Shown in pieces: positions 8,736 to 18,677 of a stretch of DNA of 64,000 nt. The notes beneath the pieces were generated by a model. It was not told where the DNA came from. It searched no databases and saw nothing but the letters and a program-made list of their open reading frames with translations. How positions within the stretch are numbered: position 1 is the stretch's first letter; the number at the start of each line of letters is the position of its first letter. The DNA is taken from contig QZKS01000093.1 in assembly GCA_003599865.1 (NCBI GenBank), positions 3,484-67,483 on the forward strand, in the 5' to 3' direction. This DNA comes from Desulfobacteraceae bacterium (GTDB lineage Bacteria; Desulfobacterota; Desulfobacteria; Desulfobacterales; SURF-7). Both the position numbers and the translations under genes were made by a program.

Positions 8736-11700
8736 ATGATTTCAACGATATCTGGATACAGGATCAACTTTGTTTATATTTTTGCGACGATAGCGGTCAC
8801 GGCCGCCTGTCTGGCCATCGGTTTGTCCCGACTGCACATTGAAACCGATATCATTAAATCTCTCCCCATGCATGATCCGATTGTTTCGGATGCCGGTTAT
8901 ATCTTTACCAACCATCCGTTTCATGATCTGGTTGTCATGGATCTCGGGATTCAGGGGGGAAGTACCGACCAGCTTGTTCAGGCCGGTGCGCTGGTGGAGA
9001 AAAGACTGCTTGCGAGCGGGCTTTTCCGGAAAATCGGCACTCGGGAAACCCAGTCTCTGATACCGGAGCTGATTCATCATATTGTCGATCACCTGCCGGT
9101 GCTGTTTACCGGGGAAGAACTGGAAAACCGGATTCAGCCGCTTCTCGCACCGGAAAGCATTCGCCGGCAGCTTTCCGAAAGCCTGGTTCAGCTGACCGGC
9201 ATGGAAGGGATCGGCCAGTCCGGGTTTCTGGCAAAAGACCCCCTTGGCCTCAGAAACATTGTCCTTGCCGGACTGGCGAATCTGGCCCCCGGCAGGGACG
9301 CCCATATTTACCAGGGGCAGCTGATTTCAGCAGACTGGAAACATCTTCTGATCACCGCAAATCCGGTCAAATCCGGAACAGATACCGGCTTTTCGCGTCG
9401 GATCACGGAACTGATCAGCACCATTGAAGGGGAACTGGATCGGCAATACGGCCAATCCGAAGCCCGGTTTACAGTGACACCGGTAGGTGCTTTTCGTGCC
9501 GCCCTGGACAATGAAATATCCATCAAAAAAGATGTCGGAAACGCCATCACTCTCGCCACCATCGGGATCGCCTTCCTGTTGATTTTTTCCTTTCCAAGGC
9601 CTCTGGTCGGACTGCTGTCGTTTCTTCCGGCGGTCTGCGGCACCATTGCCGCACTTTTTGTTTTCTCGTTGTTTCACGATGCCATCTCGTTGGTGGCCCT
9701 TGGATTCGGCGGCGCCATCATTTCCATCACGGTGGATCACGGAATCGCCTATCTCCTGTTTCTGGACCGTCCCCATGAGACTGTCGGCAAGGAAGCAGCC
9801 AGAGAAGTCAGGGCTGTGGGACTTCTGGCCGCACTGACAACCATCGGGGCATTTTCGATCCTTTCCATCAGCGGATTTCCGATTCTGCTGCAAATCGGCC
9901 AATTTGCAGCACTGGGAATCGGAGGTTCGTTTCTGTTTGTCCATACCGTGTTTCCGCTGATTATTCCGGGAATGCCTCCGGCCGGCAGAAAAGGGCCGGT
10001 GTTTCTGGAAAGGGCGGCCAACCGGCTGGTCATCGGCGGCGGTAATATCAAAGCCTATGCAGCAGGAGTGTTTGCCCTGGTCATGCTGTTTTTTGCGTAT
10101 CCCCGGTTTCAGGTGGATCTGGCCTCCATGAATTCGGTGAGTGATTCCACCATCGCTGCCGAGAAACTGGTCACCGGAATATGGGGGGATATTTTCAATA
10201 AGATCTACCTGATGACGGAAGGAGAGACCCATGCCGAGCTGCAAAGGAACAGCGATGAGATTTCCTTTCTTCTGGATCACGAGGTAGAAGAAGGCCGATT
10301 TCAACCGGCTTTCCTTCCTTCCATGGTGTTCCCGGGAAAAGAGCGGGGAATGAGAAATTTTGAAGCCTGGAAGCAGTTCTGGAGCCGCAATGATCCGGCG
10401 GTCTTTCAGGATCGTTTTGAAAAAATCGCCCGGGAAATCGGGTTTTCGGAAAATGCATTCCCATTGTTTTTCAACCAGCTGACTTTACAAGACTACCGCG
10501 AAACCCCGATACCGGAAAAATTTTTCGAACTTCTCGGGGTTTCCAGAGCAAACGACCGTTCCGGTTGGGTCCTGTTTTCCTCCCTGAATCCCGGAAGCCG
10601 TTATCAGGCGGAATCCTTTTTCGAGCGATTTCACCGGACCGGCATCGTCAGGATTTTTGATTCCGGCCTGTTTTCAGAGAGGCTGGGCAATCTTCTGTCC
10701 ACCACCTTCCTGAAAATGCTGGCCATGATCGGTTTCAGTGTTCTGTTTCTGCTGGCTCCTTTTTTCATGAACTGGAAACTGACCATTGTCTCCCTGCTTC
10801 CCATCCTGTTTTCCTTTATCTGTACCCTGGGCACCATGAATATCCTGAATGAACCTCTCGGCATTCCGGGCCTCATGCTTTCCATCGTGATCCTGGGAAT
10901 GGGTGTGGATTATTCTCTCTATCTGGTAAAAGCCGGCCAGCGGTATCAGGATGAAACCCATCCGTATCAGGGACATATCCGGATGGCGGTTCTGCTGGCA
11001 TCCACATCCACCATGATTGGTTTCGGGGCATTGGGCCTTTCCGAGCATTCGCTCCTCCGAAGCATGGGCATCAGTTCCTTTCTGGGGATCGGATATGCCC
11101 TGATCGGAACCTTTGCCATTCTGCCGCCCCTCTTGAGATACCTGTTCCGTCCCGTACCCGAGTCCGCGGATGGAGAAGCAATCGTGCCCGGATCATTGGC
11201 CCACCGGAAAAAAGTCATGTCCCGGTATCAGGCCATGGAAACCTTTCCCCGCATGTTTGTCTGGTTCAAGATGAAACTGGACCCCATGTTTCCGGATCTG
11301 GCCAAACTGGTCGGGCCTGTCAAAACCATTATGGATATCGGCTGCGGATACGGCATCCCGGCGGCCTGGCTTCTGGAGATTCTGCCGGATGCCGGAATAT
11401 ACGGTATGGAACCGGATGGGGAGCGCGTCCGGATCGCACAACGGGCGATCGGCAGCCGCGGGGTCATCACACAGGGCGCTGCACCGGACATACCGCTGCC
11501 AAAGGTTCCGGCGGATATTGCCGTCATGCTGGATATGATTCACTACCTCAATGACCGGGATCTTTCTGCGACACTGGAAAAAATCAGGACTCGGCTCCGG
11601 CAGGACGGACGCCTGCTGATCCGGGTGACCATCCCGACCAGTGAAAGACCCCCATGGTTCCGAAGGGTGGAAACCTTTCGTCTCCGGTTTTATAATATTC

Positions 11701-11849
11701 AATGCCATTACCGGTCCTGCGAGGATATCAGCCGGATCATCCAACAGGCAGGGTTTGCCATCAACATGATGAGACCGTCTGCATCCGGCAGGGAAGAAAC
11801 CTGGTTTGCGGCGGAAAAGGCGGCGGCTCCCGTCATGGCAACGGATTGA
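8736..11849 (+). CDS. MMPL/RND-superfamily exporter fused to a C-terminal class I SAM-dependent methyltransferase
   Basis: 1037 aa. There are two clusters of TM helices separated by soluble loops, which is MMPL topology. The C-terminal roughly 230 aa carry SAM motif I (IMDIGCGYGIPAAWLL) and DMIHYLND. Confidence 0.75.
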   Translation: MISTISGYRINFVYIFATIAVTAACLAIGLSRLHIETDIIKSLPMHDPIVSDAGYIFTNHPFHDLVVMDLGIQGGSTDQLVQAGALVEKRLLASGLFRKIGTRETQSLIPELIHHIVDHLPVLFTGEELENRIQPLLAPESIRRQLSESLVQLTGMEGIGQSGFLAKDPLGLRNIVLAGLANLAPGRDAHIYQGQLISADWKHLLITANPVKSGTDTGFSRRITELISTIEGELDRQYGQSEARFTVTPVGAFRAALDNEISIKKDVGNAITLATIGIAFLLIFSFPRPLVGLLSFLPAVCGTIAALFVFSLFHDAISLVALGFGGAIISITVDHGIAYLLFLDRPHETVGKEAAREVRAVGLLAALTTIGAFSILSISGFPILLQIGQFAALGIGGSFLFVHTVFPLIIPGMPPAGRKGPVFLERAANRLVIGGGNIKAYAAGVFALVMLFFAYPRFQVDLASMNSVSDSTIAAEKLVTGIWGDIFNKIYLMTEGETHAELQRNSDEISFLLDHEVEEGRFQPAFLPSMVFPGKERGMRNFEAWKQFWSRNDPAVFQDRFEKIAREIGFSENAFPLFFNQLTLQDYRETPIPEKFFELLGVSRANDRSGWVLFSSLNPGSRYQAESFFERFHRTGIVRIFDSGLFSERLGNLLSTTFLKMLAMIGFSVLFLLAPFFMNWKLTIVSLLPILFSFICTLGTMNILNEPLGIPGLMLSIVILGMGVDYSLYLVKAGQRYQDETHPYQGHIRMAVLLASTSTMIGFGALGLSEHSLLRSMGISSFLGIGYALIGTFAILPPLLRYLFRPVPESADGEAIVPGSLAHRKKVMSRYQAMETFPRMFVWFKMKLDPMFPDLAKLVGPVKTIMDIGCGYGIPAAWLLEILPDAGIYGMEPDGERVRIAQRAIGSRGVITQGAAPDIPLPKVPADIAVMLDMIHYLNDRDLSATLEKIRTRLRQDGRLLIRVTIPTSERPPWFRRVETFRLRFYNIQCHYRSCEDISRIIQQAGFAINMMRPSASGREETWFAAEKAAAPVMATD

Positions 11850-11879
11850 TGATAATCGAATGCAGGGTTTTTTGTAGAA

Positions 11880-12749
11880 ATGGTTAATCTTTTTTACCGC
11901 TTTCTGATGCTGGTATCCCGGGTGTTCGGCATCTGGGTTTTTATCCTGATCGCAAGGATCATCGCAACCGGTTATTTTTTTCTGTTTCCTTCCCGAAGGG
12001 CGGTCAGCATTTCATTTTACCGGGAGCTGTTTCCGGAAAAAAGCCGATGGTATCATACTGCCTGCGCATGGAAACAGTATCACCGGTTCACCTATTCATT
12101 TCTGGACCGCTTCCTGCTGCATCATTTCAACAGCATCACTCATACTGCCGAAGGCCGGGAACACCTGGATCATGTTTCAGAAAAAGGCGGAATCCTTGTG
12201 ATGTCCCATCTGGGAAACTGGGAGATTGCCGCCCATTTTTTAAAACAGGAAGGGTATCCGGTTTTATTGTTCATGGGGCGGAAGCACAAAGAACAGCTTG
12301 AGGGCATGCAGAAGGAGTCAATGATTCAAGGCGGTGTGAAGATCATTGCGGTTGGCCCGGAAGACAGTTCCCCTTTTATACTTCTCGATAGCATCCAGCA
12401 GTTAAAATCCGGCGGCATTGTGTCCCTGACCGGGGATCGGATCTGGTCGGAAAATCAGAGAACGGTAACTGTCCGTTTTCTGGGGCATGAGGTGGCTTTG
12501 CCGGAGGCTCCTTATATCCTGGCGCTTTTAACCCAGGCGCCGCTCTATACTTTTTTTGCTTTCCGGACCGGACAGAATCACTATGATCTGAAGATTTCGC
12601 CCCCGGTGTACCTTCCAAAAACTTCCCGTAAGGAACGATCGGAAACCATCCAGCAGGCCGCACAGAGTTATGCCGACACCCTTGAAAAAATGGTACGCGA
12701 ACACCCCTTTGACTGGTATCATTTTGAATCTTTTCTGAAAACGGACTGA
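11880..12749 (+). CDS. Lysophospholipid or lipid A-type (LpxL/HtrB family) acyltransferase
   Basis: N-terminal TM. VMSHLGNWEIAA matches the HX4E catalytic dyad context of the family, and the length is right at 289 aa. Confidence 0.65.
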   Translation: MVNLFYRFLMLVSRVFGIWVFILIARIIATGYFFLFPSRRAVSISFYRELFPEKSRWYHTACAWKQYHRFTYSFLDRFLLHHFNSITHTAEGREHLDHVSEKGGILVMSHLGNWEIAAHFLKQEGYPVLLFMGRKHKEQLEGMQKESMIQGGVKIIAVGPEDSSPFILLDSIQQLKSGGIVSLTGDRIWSENQRTVTVRFLGHEVALPEAPYILALLTQAPLYTFFAFRTGQNHYDLKISPPVYLPKTSRKERSETIQQAAQSYADTLEKMVREHPFDWYHFESFLKTD

Positions 12750-12907
12750 GCGCTGCTGCTTTTTTATAGAAATGAATATATGAAAAAAAGAGGATTGTGT
12801 GTCAAGAATCTTGTTTGCGTAACATTCTTTTTTATTGATAAAAAAACATAATCTGATAAACTTTTTGTAACAGTATCAAACCAACCTGAAAGAATGGATT
12901 CATTATT

Positions 12908-13114
12908 ATGGAAAATAGCAAATCATTGTTGGAAATGGCTCTACAGTTAAAACCACAGGATCGTTTTTTATTAATTGAAGGACTCATCCGGAGCCTTGAC
13001 GAACCGAACAAAGATATTGATGAAATCTGGACGAAAGAAGCTGCGAAGCGTTTACAAGCCCATCGAGAGGGAAGAACAAAGGGGATACCATACAATAAGG
13101 TTTTCGAGGAATAA
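12908..13114 (+). CDS. Addiction-module antitoxin component (small helical antitoxin of the TIGR02574-like type)
   Basis: 68 aa: LLEMALQLKPQDRFLLIEGLIRSLDEPNKDIDEIWTKEAAKRLQAHREGRTKGIPYNKVF. This pattern is typical for antitoxins paired with RelE/ParE toxins (family recalled from memory). Confidence 0.6.
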   Translation: MENSKSLLEMALQLKPQDRFLLIEGLIRSLDEPNKDIDEIWTKEAAKRLQAHREGRTKGIPYNKVFEE

Positions 13115-13121
13115 TCCAGCA

Positions 13122-13246
13122 TTGATAGTCATCTTTGACAAGCTTGCTAACCAGGAATAGAATCAGACTATATTTACATCATTGCAATTGCTCATAGTCA
13201 TAGAAAACCGGATTACTGGATTGATCGTATTTCAGATAAATCATAA
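13122..13246 (+). pseudogene. Remnant of a RelE/ParE-family toxin with an internal deletion and frameshift
   Basis: Right after the antitoxin stop the sequence reads LIVIFDKLANQE then TAG (13122..13160). In another frame, 13151..13246 reads PGIESDYIYIIAIAHSHRKPDYWIDRISDKS then stop. That is the conserved C-terminus of ParE/RelE toxins (xIxAIxHxxRxPxYW). Only about 40 of roughly 95 codons remain. Confidence 0.5.
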
Positions 13247-13292
13247 AAACAATTTCTTTCAGGCCGGGAATTCAAATGGCATCCGGCCTTGA

Positions 13293-15578
13293 TCACAATC
13301 CCTCCCCCTCAAGCCTGCATTCGCCTTTTTCAGATTCCTGGGCCTGGGCAACGGTGATGGCAATGACATTCACAATGTTCTCCATGTCCGATCCACGGGG
13401 TAGAACATTGAAGGGTTTGCTGATTCCCATCAGAAGCGGCCCGACGGCTTTTGCCCCGCCCAGGCGGTTGAGTAATTTGTAGGCGATGTTTCCGGATGAG
13501 AGTTCGGGAAAGATCAGGATATTGGCCGGTGTCTTCAGCCGGTTAAACGGAAACTGATGGGACAGGATGTCTTGCACAACTGCCGTATCTGCCTGCATTT
13601 CGCCGTCGATGATCAGATGGGGGCTTTTTTCACGGACAATCTCCACGGCCCGGGCCACCCGTCTGGAATCCGGATGATCCGTACTGCCGAAATTGGAAAA
13701 GGACAGCATGGCGATTCGGGGTGTAATGTCGAAGAAACCGGCAAGATCGGCAGTCAGTAAGGCGATTTCAGCCAGGTCTTCGGCACTGGGATTGATGTTG
13801 ACGGTGGCATCGGCAAAAAACATGGTGCGGTCCCGGAAAATCATCAGATAAACCCCGGCAGCCTTTTTGATGCCCGGTTTTAAAGGGGTCACCTGCAATA
13901 TGGGACGAATGGCATAGGGATAATAGCAGTCCACCCCATGAACAGCACCATCCGCCAGGCCTTCATTGACCAACATGGCGCCAAACAGATACCGGCTTCG
14001 CAGCAGCCTTTGGGTTTCTGCCATAGACCATCCCTTGCGTGCCCGTTTTTCGAATAATTTTTCGGAAAACACATTGAAAAGCGGTGATTTCTGATGATCG
14101 AGGATTTCGATACCATCCAAAGAAATATGAAGATTCCGGGCCAGGGTTTTGATCTCATCACTGTCACCGATGACAATCGGATCGGCGATCCCCTCTTGAA
14201 CTACCTGGGCGGCGGCGCGAAGAATGACCGATTGATTGCCTTCGGGCAGTACGATCTTTTTGGGTTTTTGCTGGGCACGGATAATGAATTTCCGGATGAT
14301 TTCGCGTTCCGGTCCCAGTTTGGCTTCCAGCATCTGGATGTATTCATTGTGATGAACGATCTTATTGCGGGCAACCCCGCTTTCCTGGGCAGCCTTGGCC
14401 ACTGCGGGCGCTACCTTTAACAGAATCCGGGAATCAAGCGGCGTGGGAATAATATAATCCGGACCGAACTGGATGGAACAGCCGCCATATGCCCGGATCA
14501 CCGAATCCGGAACATCTTCGCGGGCAAGTTCCGCCAGGGCATGTACGGCTGCCAGTTTCATCCGGTCGTTGATCTGCGTGGCCCGCACATCCAGCGCACC
14601 CCTGAAAATAAAGGGAAAACCCAGAACATTGTTGACCTGATTCGGATGGTCCGAACGTCCGGTGGCAACAATGGCATCGGGTCTGGCCTTTTTGGCTTCA
14701 TGATAATCGATTTCCGCTTCGGGATTGGCCAGTGCAAAAATAATCGGTTTGGCATTCATGGATTGCAATAGTTCAGGATAGAATGCTCCTTTGACGGATA
14801 ATCCGATCAGGACATCCGCCCCTTTGACGGCATCCTGCAGGGTTCGCGCGCTTGTATCAGCGGCAAATTTTTCCTTATATTTGTTCATGCCCTGCTCGCG
14901 GCCTTTGTAGATAACCCCTTTTGAATCCACGAACACGATATTTTCTTTCTGAATACCGAGCTGGATATACATTCCGGCACAGGCAATGGCCGCGGCACCG
15001 GCACCATTGATAACCACCCGCAGGTGTTCCGGTTTCTTGTCCGTCAGGATACAGGCGTTCAGCAGTCCTGCGGCAGATATGATGGCAGTGCCATGCTGGT
15101 CATCATGAAAAACCGGTATGGACATCCGGGCGATCAGTTGCTCCTCAATATAGAAACATTCCGGCGCTTTGATGTCCTCGAGATTGATGCCGCCAAAGGT
15201 GGGTTCGAGCAGTTTCACGGTCCTGATGAATTCGTCCGGATCACTGGTGTTGATTTCAATGTCAAAGACATCGATATCCGCAAACCGTTTGAACAGGACG
15301 GCCTTGCCTTCCATTACGGGTTTCCCGGCAAGCGGGCCGATGTTTCCCAGGCCGAGGACGGCGGTGCCGTTGGTAATCACGCCCACCAGGTTCCCCCGGG
15401 CGGTATATTCAAAAGACTTGTCCGGATTTTCCTTGATTTTCATGCAGGGGGCGGCAACGCCCGGTGTGTATGCCAGACTCAGATCATATTGGGAAAAACA
15501 GGGTTTTAACGGGATGACTTCGATTTTTCCCGGACGCGGAAATTTATGGTAATGCAAGGCTTCTTCTTCGTATAACAT
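13293..15578 (-). CDS. maeB: NADP-dependent malic enzyme with a C-terminal phosphotransacetylase-like domain
   Basis: ORF 13293..15698. I moved the start to ATG 15578 (CAGGAGCC upstream; [21 protein letters not shown]). Malic enzyme blocks are [10 protein letters not shown] and [12 protein letters not shown], followed by a PTA-like C-terminal half. Confidence 0.9.
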   Translation of the reverse strand: MLYEEEALHYHKFPRPGKIEVIPLKPCFSQYDLSLAYTPGVAAPCMKIKENPDKSFEYTARGNLVGVITNGTAVLGLGNIGPLAGKPVMEGKAVLFKRFADIDVFDIEINTSDPDEFIRTVKLLEPTFGGINLEDIKAPECFYIEEQLIARMSIPVFHDDQHGTAIISAAGLLNACILTDKKPEHLRVVINGAGAAAIACAGMYIQLGIQKENIVFVDSKGVIYKGREQGMNKYKEKFAADTSARTLQDAVKGADVLIGLSVKGAFYPELLQSMNAKPIIFALANPEAEIDYHEAKKARPDAIVATGRSDHPNQVNNVLGFPFIFRGALDVRATQINDRMKLAAVHALAELAREDVPDSVIRAYGGCSIQFGPDYIIPTPLDSRILLKVAPAVAKAAQESGVARNKIVHHNEYIQMLEAKLGPEREIIRKFIIRAQQKPKKIVLPEGNQSVILRAAAQVVQEGIADPIVIGDSDEIKTLARNLHISLDGIEILDHQKSPLFNVFSEKLFEKRARKGWSMAETQRLLRSRYLFGAMLVNEGLADGAVHGVDCYYPYAIRPILQVTPLKPGIKKAAGVYLMIFRDRTMFFADATVNINPSAEDLAEIALLTADLAGFFDITPRIAMLSFSNFGSTDHPDSRRVARAVEIVREKSPHLIIDGEMQADTAVVQDILSHQFPFNRLKTPANILIFPELSSGNIAYKLLNRLGGAKAVGPLLMGISKPFNVLPRGSDMENIVNVIAITVAQAQESEKGECRLEGEGL

Positions 15579-15706
15579 TTTCGGCTCCTGAACGAATTTG
15601 GCGGGTTCTGGGATAAAGACGGGAATGGAACAACACTGACATTTTTTGATCCAAATATCAATCATAACCTTCCAGGGTAGCCGCATTTGGGGTGTCAACT
15701 TTTTCG

Positions 15707-15793
15707 ATTCCCTCCTTGATGGGGGGCTGGGGGGTGTCTCGGTTTTTCGATGAAAATATTACACCCCCCTTAATCCCCCCTCAAGGGGGTAAT
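15707..15793. repeat. Inverted pair of a G/C-tract dispersed repeat with consensus about ATTCCCCTTGAGGGGGGATCAAGGGGGGTGTAAT
   Basis: 15707..15740 reads gattccctccttgatggggggctggggggtgtctc. 15758..15793 is the reverse complement type, attacaccccccttaatcccccctcaagggggtaat. The same unit recurs at 18858, 19118 and 24655. Confidence 0.6.
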
Positions 15794-15990
15794 AGGTTGA
15801 ATAAACATCTCTTTGACGAAAATCCTGAGGCGTCATTTCCAAAAGCAGATTGTTTTTTCGCAGAAACTTCCGTTATTCGTCATTCATCTGTTGACACCGG
15901 TGTCTGTTTTTTAGATACTGCCGAGCCAGTGGTTTGGACAGGAAGCAGGAATGGAATGAATACGATGGTTCAACATGCAGGGAGGATAGG

Positions 15991-16623
15991 ATGAAACGGT
16001 TGCCGGTAATTTTGGGTTTGGGTGGCTGCATGACATTGGTGGCCCTGTGTCTGGTTATTTGCGTGAGCGGATCGGCGGAAGCACAAGGATGGCGTTTTCC
16101 CATAGGGCTTACGGGCGTGACCGGATATGGCGATGTGGTGGATCTGTATGAGGAGAATCTTGAGGCTGACGGATATACGACGGAAGCCGGCTGGAACGTT
16201 CCGGTGGGGATCAGTTTCAATCCCTACTATGAGTTTGGTTCGGGATTCCGGATTGGAACCGGATTCGGCCCCATGAGTTATCTGATGACGAGCGGGACAT
16301 CCGATGATGTTTATTTTTTTGATGTTCCGGTCAACGCCAATATCGGGTTTACATTTTTTCCGGACGCAAGTGTCGCCCCTTATGTCCGGGCAGGGGTCAT
16401 GTATCATCTGGCAGCCGGTGATTATGTGGAAGATGTTTCACCGGGTTTTTTCGCCGGTGCCGGCATTGAGTTCATGCGAAACCGGAAGGTGGCATTGGGA
16501 CTGGAGGTCGCTTTTGACACCTCGGAGATTGAATTCCAGAAGCATTACCCGAACTCATCCCGGATAACCATGGAAGAAATCAAGCCGTATGAGGTGATGA
16601 TCAGTATTTTTGCCGCGTTTTAA
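15991..16623 (+). CDS. Outer-membrane beta-barrel protein (OmpW/OmpA-like small porin fold)
   Basis: I moved the start to ATG 15991 (GGAGG upstream). Signal peptide MKRLPVILGLGGCMTLVALCLVICVSGSAEA. The sequence has alternating aromatic and glycine-rich strands and ends in a C-terminal ...ISIFAAF. Confidence 0.6.
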   Translation: MKRLPVILGLGGCMTLVALCLVICVSGSAEAQGWRFPIGLTGVTGYGDVVDLYEENLEADGYTTEAGWNVPVGISFNPYYEFGSGFRIGTGFGPMSYLMTSGTSDDVYFFDVPVNANIGFTFFPDASVAPYVRAGVMYHLAAGDYVEDVSPGFFAGAGIEFMRNRKVALGLEVAFDTSEIEFQKHYPNSSRITMEEIKPYEVMISIFAAF

Positions 16624-16632
16624 CCGGTTGTC

Positions 16633-17652
16633 TCAGCCGCCGATGGAAGACATCCGGCCGGAAATCACGGCCGGATGACCGGTATTCAGGTTGTGGGACG
16701 TGGGTTTCAGGCGGATGGCTTCCCGAATCAGACCGGTGATTTGCCGGTCTGAAAAACCGGACCGCAGGGGCGTTTTCAGGTCGGTCTGAAGATCGGACAA
16801 AAGGCAGGTTCGAAGCGATCCGTCGGCCGTCAGCCGGAGCCGGTTGCAGGTGTTGCAGAAGTGCCGGCTGATCGGACTGATAAAACCGATTTCTCCTTTT
16901 GCCTGTTGAAACCGGAATCGTCTGGCCGGGCCGTCTGTTTTTTCCCGATCAACGGGATACAGTTTTCCAAGGGATTCGATCTGCTCCTGGATTTCCTGAG
17001 CGAACAGGGGGTTTTCCGAGTGCAGCGCGGAATCGCCGATGGGCATATACTCGATAAACCGGATATGAAACGGATGGGCAAGGGAGAGTTTTGCCATTTC
17101 GGTCAATTCATGATCATTGATTCCCCGCAGTGCCACCACATTGATTTTAATGGGATGAAAACCCATTTTTTCCGCCGCGAGAATTCCCTCCCAGACCGTT
17201 TGAAACACATCATGACCGGTAATCCTGCGGTAGGTTTCCGGGTTCAGGGAATCCAGGCTGATATTGAGCCGCCTGATTCCGGCGGATCGGATCTCATCCA
17301 GATGATTCAGCAGCAGCAGCCCGTTGGTGGTCATGGCAAGATCTTTGATACCCTTGATTTGATGCAATTTGGCGATAAAGGGGAGGACCCCTTTTCGGAT
17401 CAGCGGCTCTCCTCCGGTAATCCGGATTTTGGAAATGCCGAGGTCTCTGAATATCCGGATCAGCCGCAAGATTTCTTCATACCGGAGGATATGATGATGA
17501 TCCTGTTTGGTCTGTCCGGAAAGCGGCAGGCAATAGGTACAGTTCAGATTGCATCGATCGGTTATGGAAACCCGGAGATAATCCAGTATCCGGTTGCTCG
17601 GATCGATCAATGTGCCGGGGGTTGAATCCCCTTTTTCAGAAAAATCATTCAT
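16633..17652 (-). CDS. moaA: GTP 3',8-cyclase (molybdenum cofactor biosynthesis protein A, radical SAM)
   Basis: The radical SAM motif CNLNCTYC lies near the N-terminus. Also present are RITGGEPL, a C-terminal second cluster (CNTCNRLRLTADG) and a terminal GG. Confidence 0.9.
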   Translation of the reverse strand: MNDFSEKGDSTPGTLIDPSNRILDYLRVSITDRCNLNCTYCLPLSGQTKQDHHHILRYEEILRLIRIFRDLGISKIRITGGEPLIRKGVLPFIAKLHQIKGIKDLAMTTNGLLLLNHLDEIRSAGIRRLNISLDSLNPETYRRITGHDVFQTVWEGILAAEKMGFHPIKINVVALRGINDHELTEMAKLSLAHPFHIRFIEYMPIGDSALHSENPLFAQEIQEQIESLGKLYPVDREKTDGPARRFRFQQAKGEIGFISPISRHFCNTCNRLRLTADGSLRTCLLSDLQTDLKTPLRSGFSDRQITGLIREAIRLKPTSHNLNTGHPAVISGRMSSIGG

Positions 17653-17728
17653 GTGCGGTTCTGCGCTATCCTTCGAAAATCCACTTGCTATGGCCCAGTC
17701 TTATCTGATTTGCATAAAAACACAATGC

Positions 17729-17772
17729 AAAAAAAAGCCCTTGATGACGGATGACCATCATAAGGGCTTTTC
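17729..17772 (-). terminator. Rho-independent terminator after the PHP-domain gene
   Basis: The minus strand reads gaaaAGCCCTTatgatggtcatccgtcatcAAGGGCTtttttttgc, a GC-containing stem followed by a run of 8 T. Confidence 0.6.
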
Positions 17773-17804
17773 ATCAGGGGAAACGGAAAAAAGGGCTGTC
17801 TGGT

Positions 17805-18677
17805 TTACGCCTTTAAGCTCAGGTTTTCGCGCAGCATTTTGGATTTCAGGTGGATGACGGCGCGGCCGTACCGGATATTTTTTTCAATGATGTTCTGGTA
17901 ATTTTTGATGCTGCTTTTCAATTTCATGCTGTGGGAGGTGACTTTTCGGATCATGCTGATTTCTTTGCCGATCACCTTGTTTTCATGATTTTTCAGGGCG
18001 GTAAAAAAAGCATTTCGATTGTTCAGGCAGTCCGCATAACAGACAACCTTTCCCATATGACTGACGGAATGGCCGTCACTGCCGCCGGTAACAACCTTGT
18101 TTAAATTGAATCCCAGCATGGCGCTTCGAAGATTGGATTTTTTCAGGTTTCCGGCATTCAGAACCTCGATTCCATCAATTTTTTTCAAGAGATAGGCCTG
18201 CGTTTCCGCTGAAAGCGTGGAATTGCAGACACCTGCATAGGCGCTGCCGAATGGATGGGGAAATACGGTCAGAGAATCATAGGCTTTGGCTCTTCTGATG
18301 ATTTCCAGAAGATCGATGGAGATGGAACTCATCTGTTCTTTACCCAGATGAGGCAGAATATCATTTTTGTAAAAGGTCTTCAGATCCATAATTTTTCGAA
18401 AATACACCAGGATATGAGTACCTTCCTTTGAAGTGATTTCAATTCCGGGAATGCTCAACAGGTTCGGGTTCCGGCTGATTTCAACAGCACCTTGAATTGC
18501 ATTGTGGTCTGTAATGGCAATGCCGATTTTCAGCATTTCGGCGGCTTTGGTGATCTGGTCAATGCTGTTTTTTCCATCTGAATAATGGGAATGAAAGTGG
18601 AGGTCGGCAACGACATATTTTTTCGTCAGTTCTTTCAAGTCGGGTTTTTCTATGAGAATTCGGTTGATATTGTTCAT
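17805..18677 (-). CDS. PHP-domain metal-dependent phosphoesterase
   Basis: ADLHFHSHYSDGKNS, IAITDHNAI and GGSDGHS are the histidine motifs of the PHP family. Confidence 0.75.
   Translation of the reverse strand: MNNINRILIEKPDLKELTKKYVVADLHFHSHYSDGKNSIDQITKAAEMLKIGIAITDHNAIQGAVEISRNPNLLSIPGIEITSKEGTHILVYFRKIMDLKTFYKNDILPHLGKEQMSSISIDLLEIIRRAKAYDSLTVFPHPFGSAYAGVCNSTLSAETQAYLLKKIDGIEVLNAGNLKKSNLRSAMLGFNLNKVVTGGSDGHSVSHMGKVVCYADCLNNRNAFFTALKNHENKVIGKEISMIRKVTSHSMKLKSSIKNYQNIIEKNIRYGRAVIHLKSKMLRENLSLKA

Noticed and set aside
15717-15760. A GGGGGGCTGGGG... start resembling the 5' end of tmRNA, and G-runs that could be taken for an RNA gene
   Set aside because: No tRNA-like acceptor or T-arm (GGTTCGAATCC-type) and no tag reading frame follows. 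The sequence is one arm of the dispersed G/C-tract repeat.
17653-17728. A possible Moco riboswitch in the moaA leader
   Set aside because: The leader between the terminator and the moaA start is only about 75 nt. I could not recognise the conserved Moco-motif elements, so there is no support for it.
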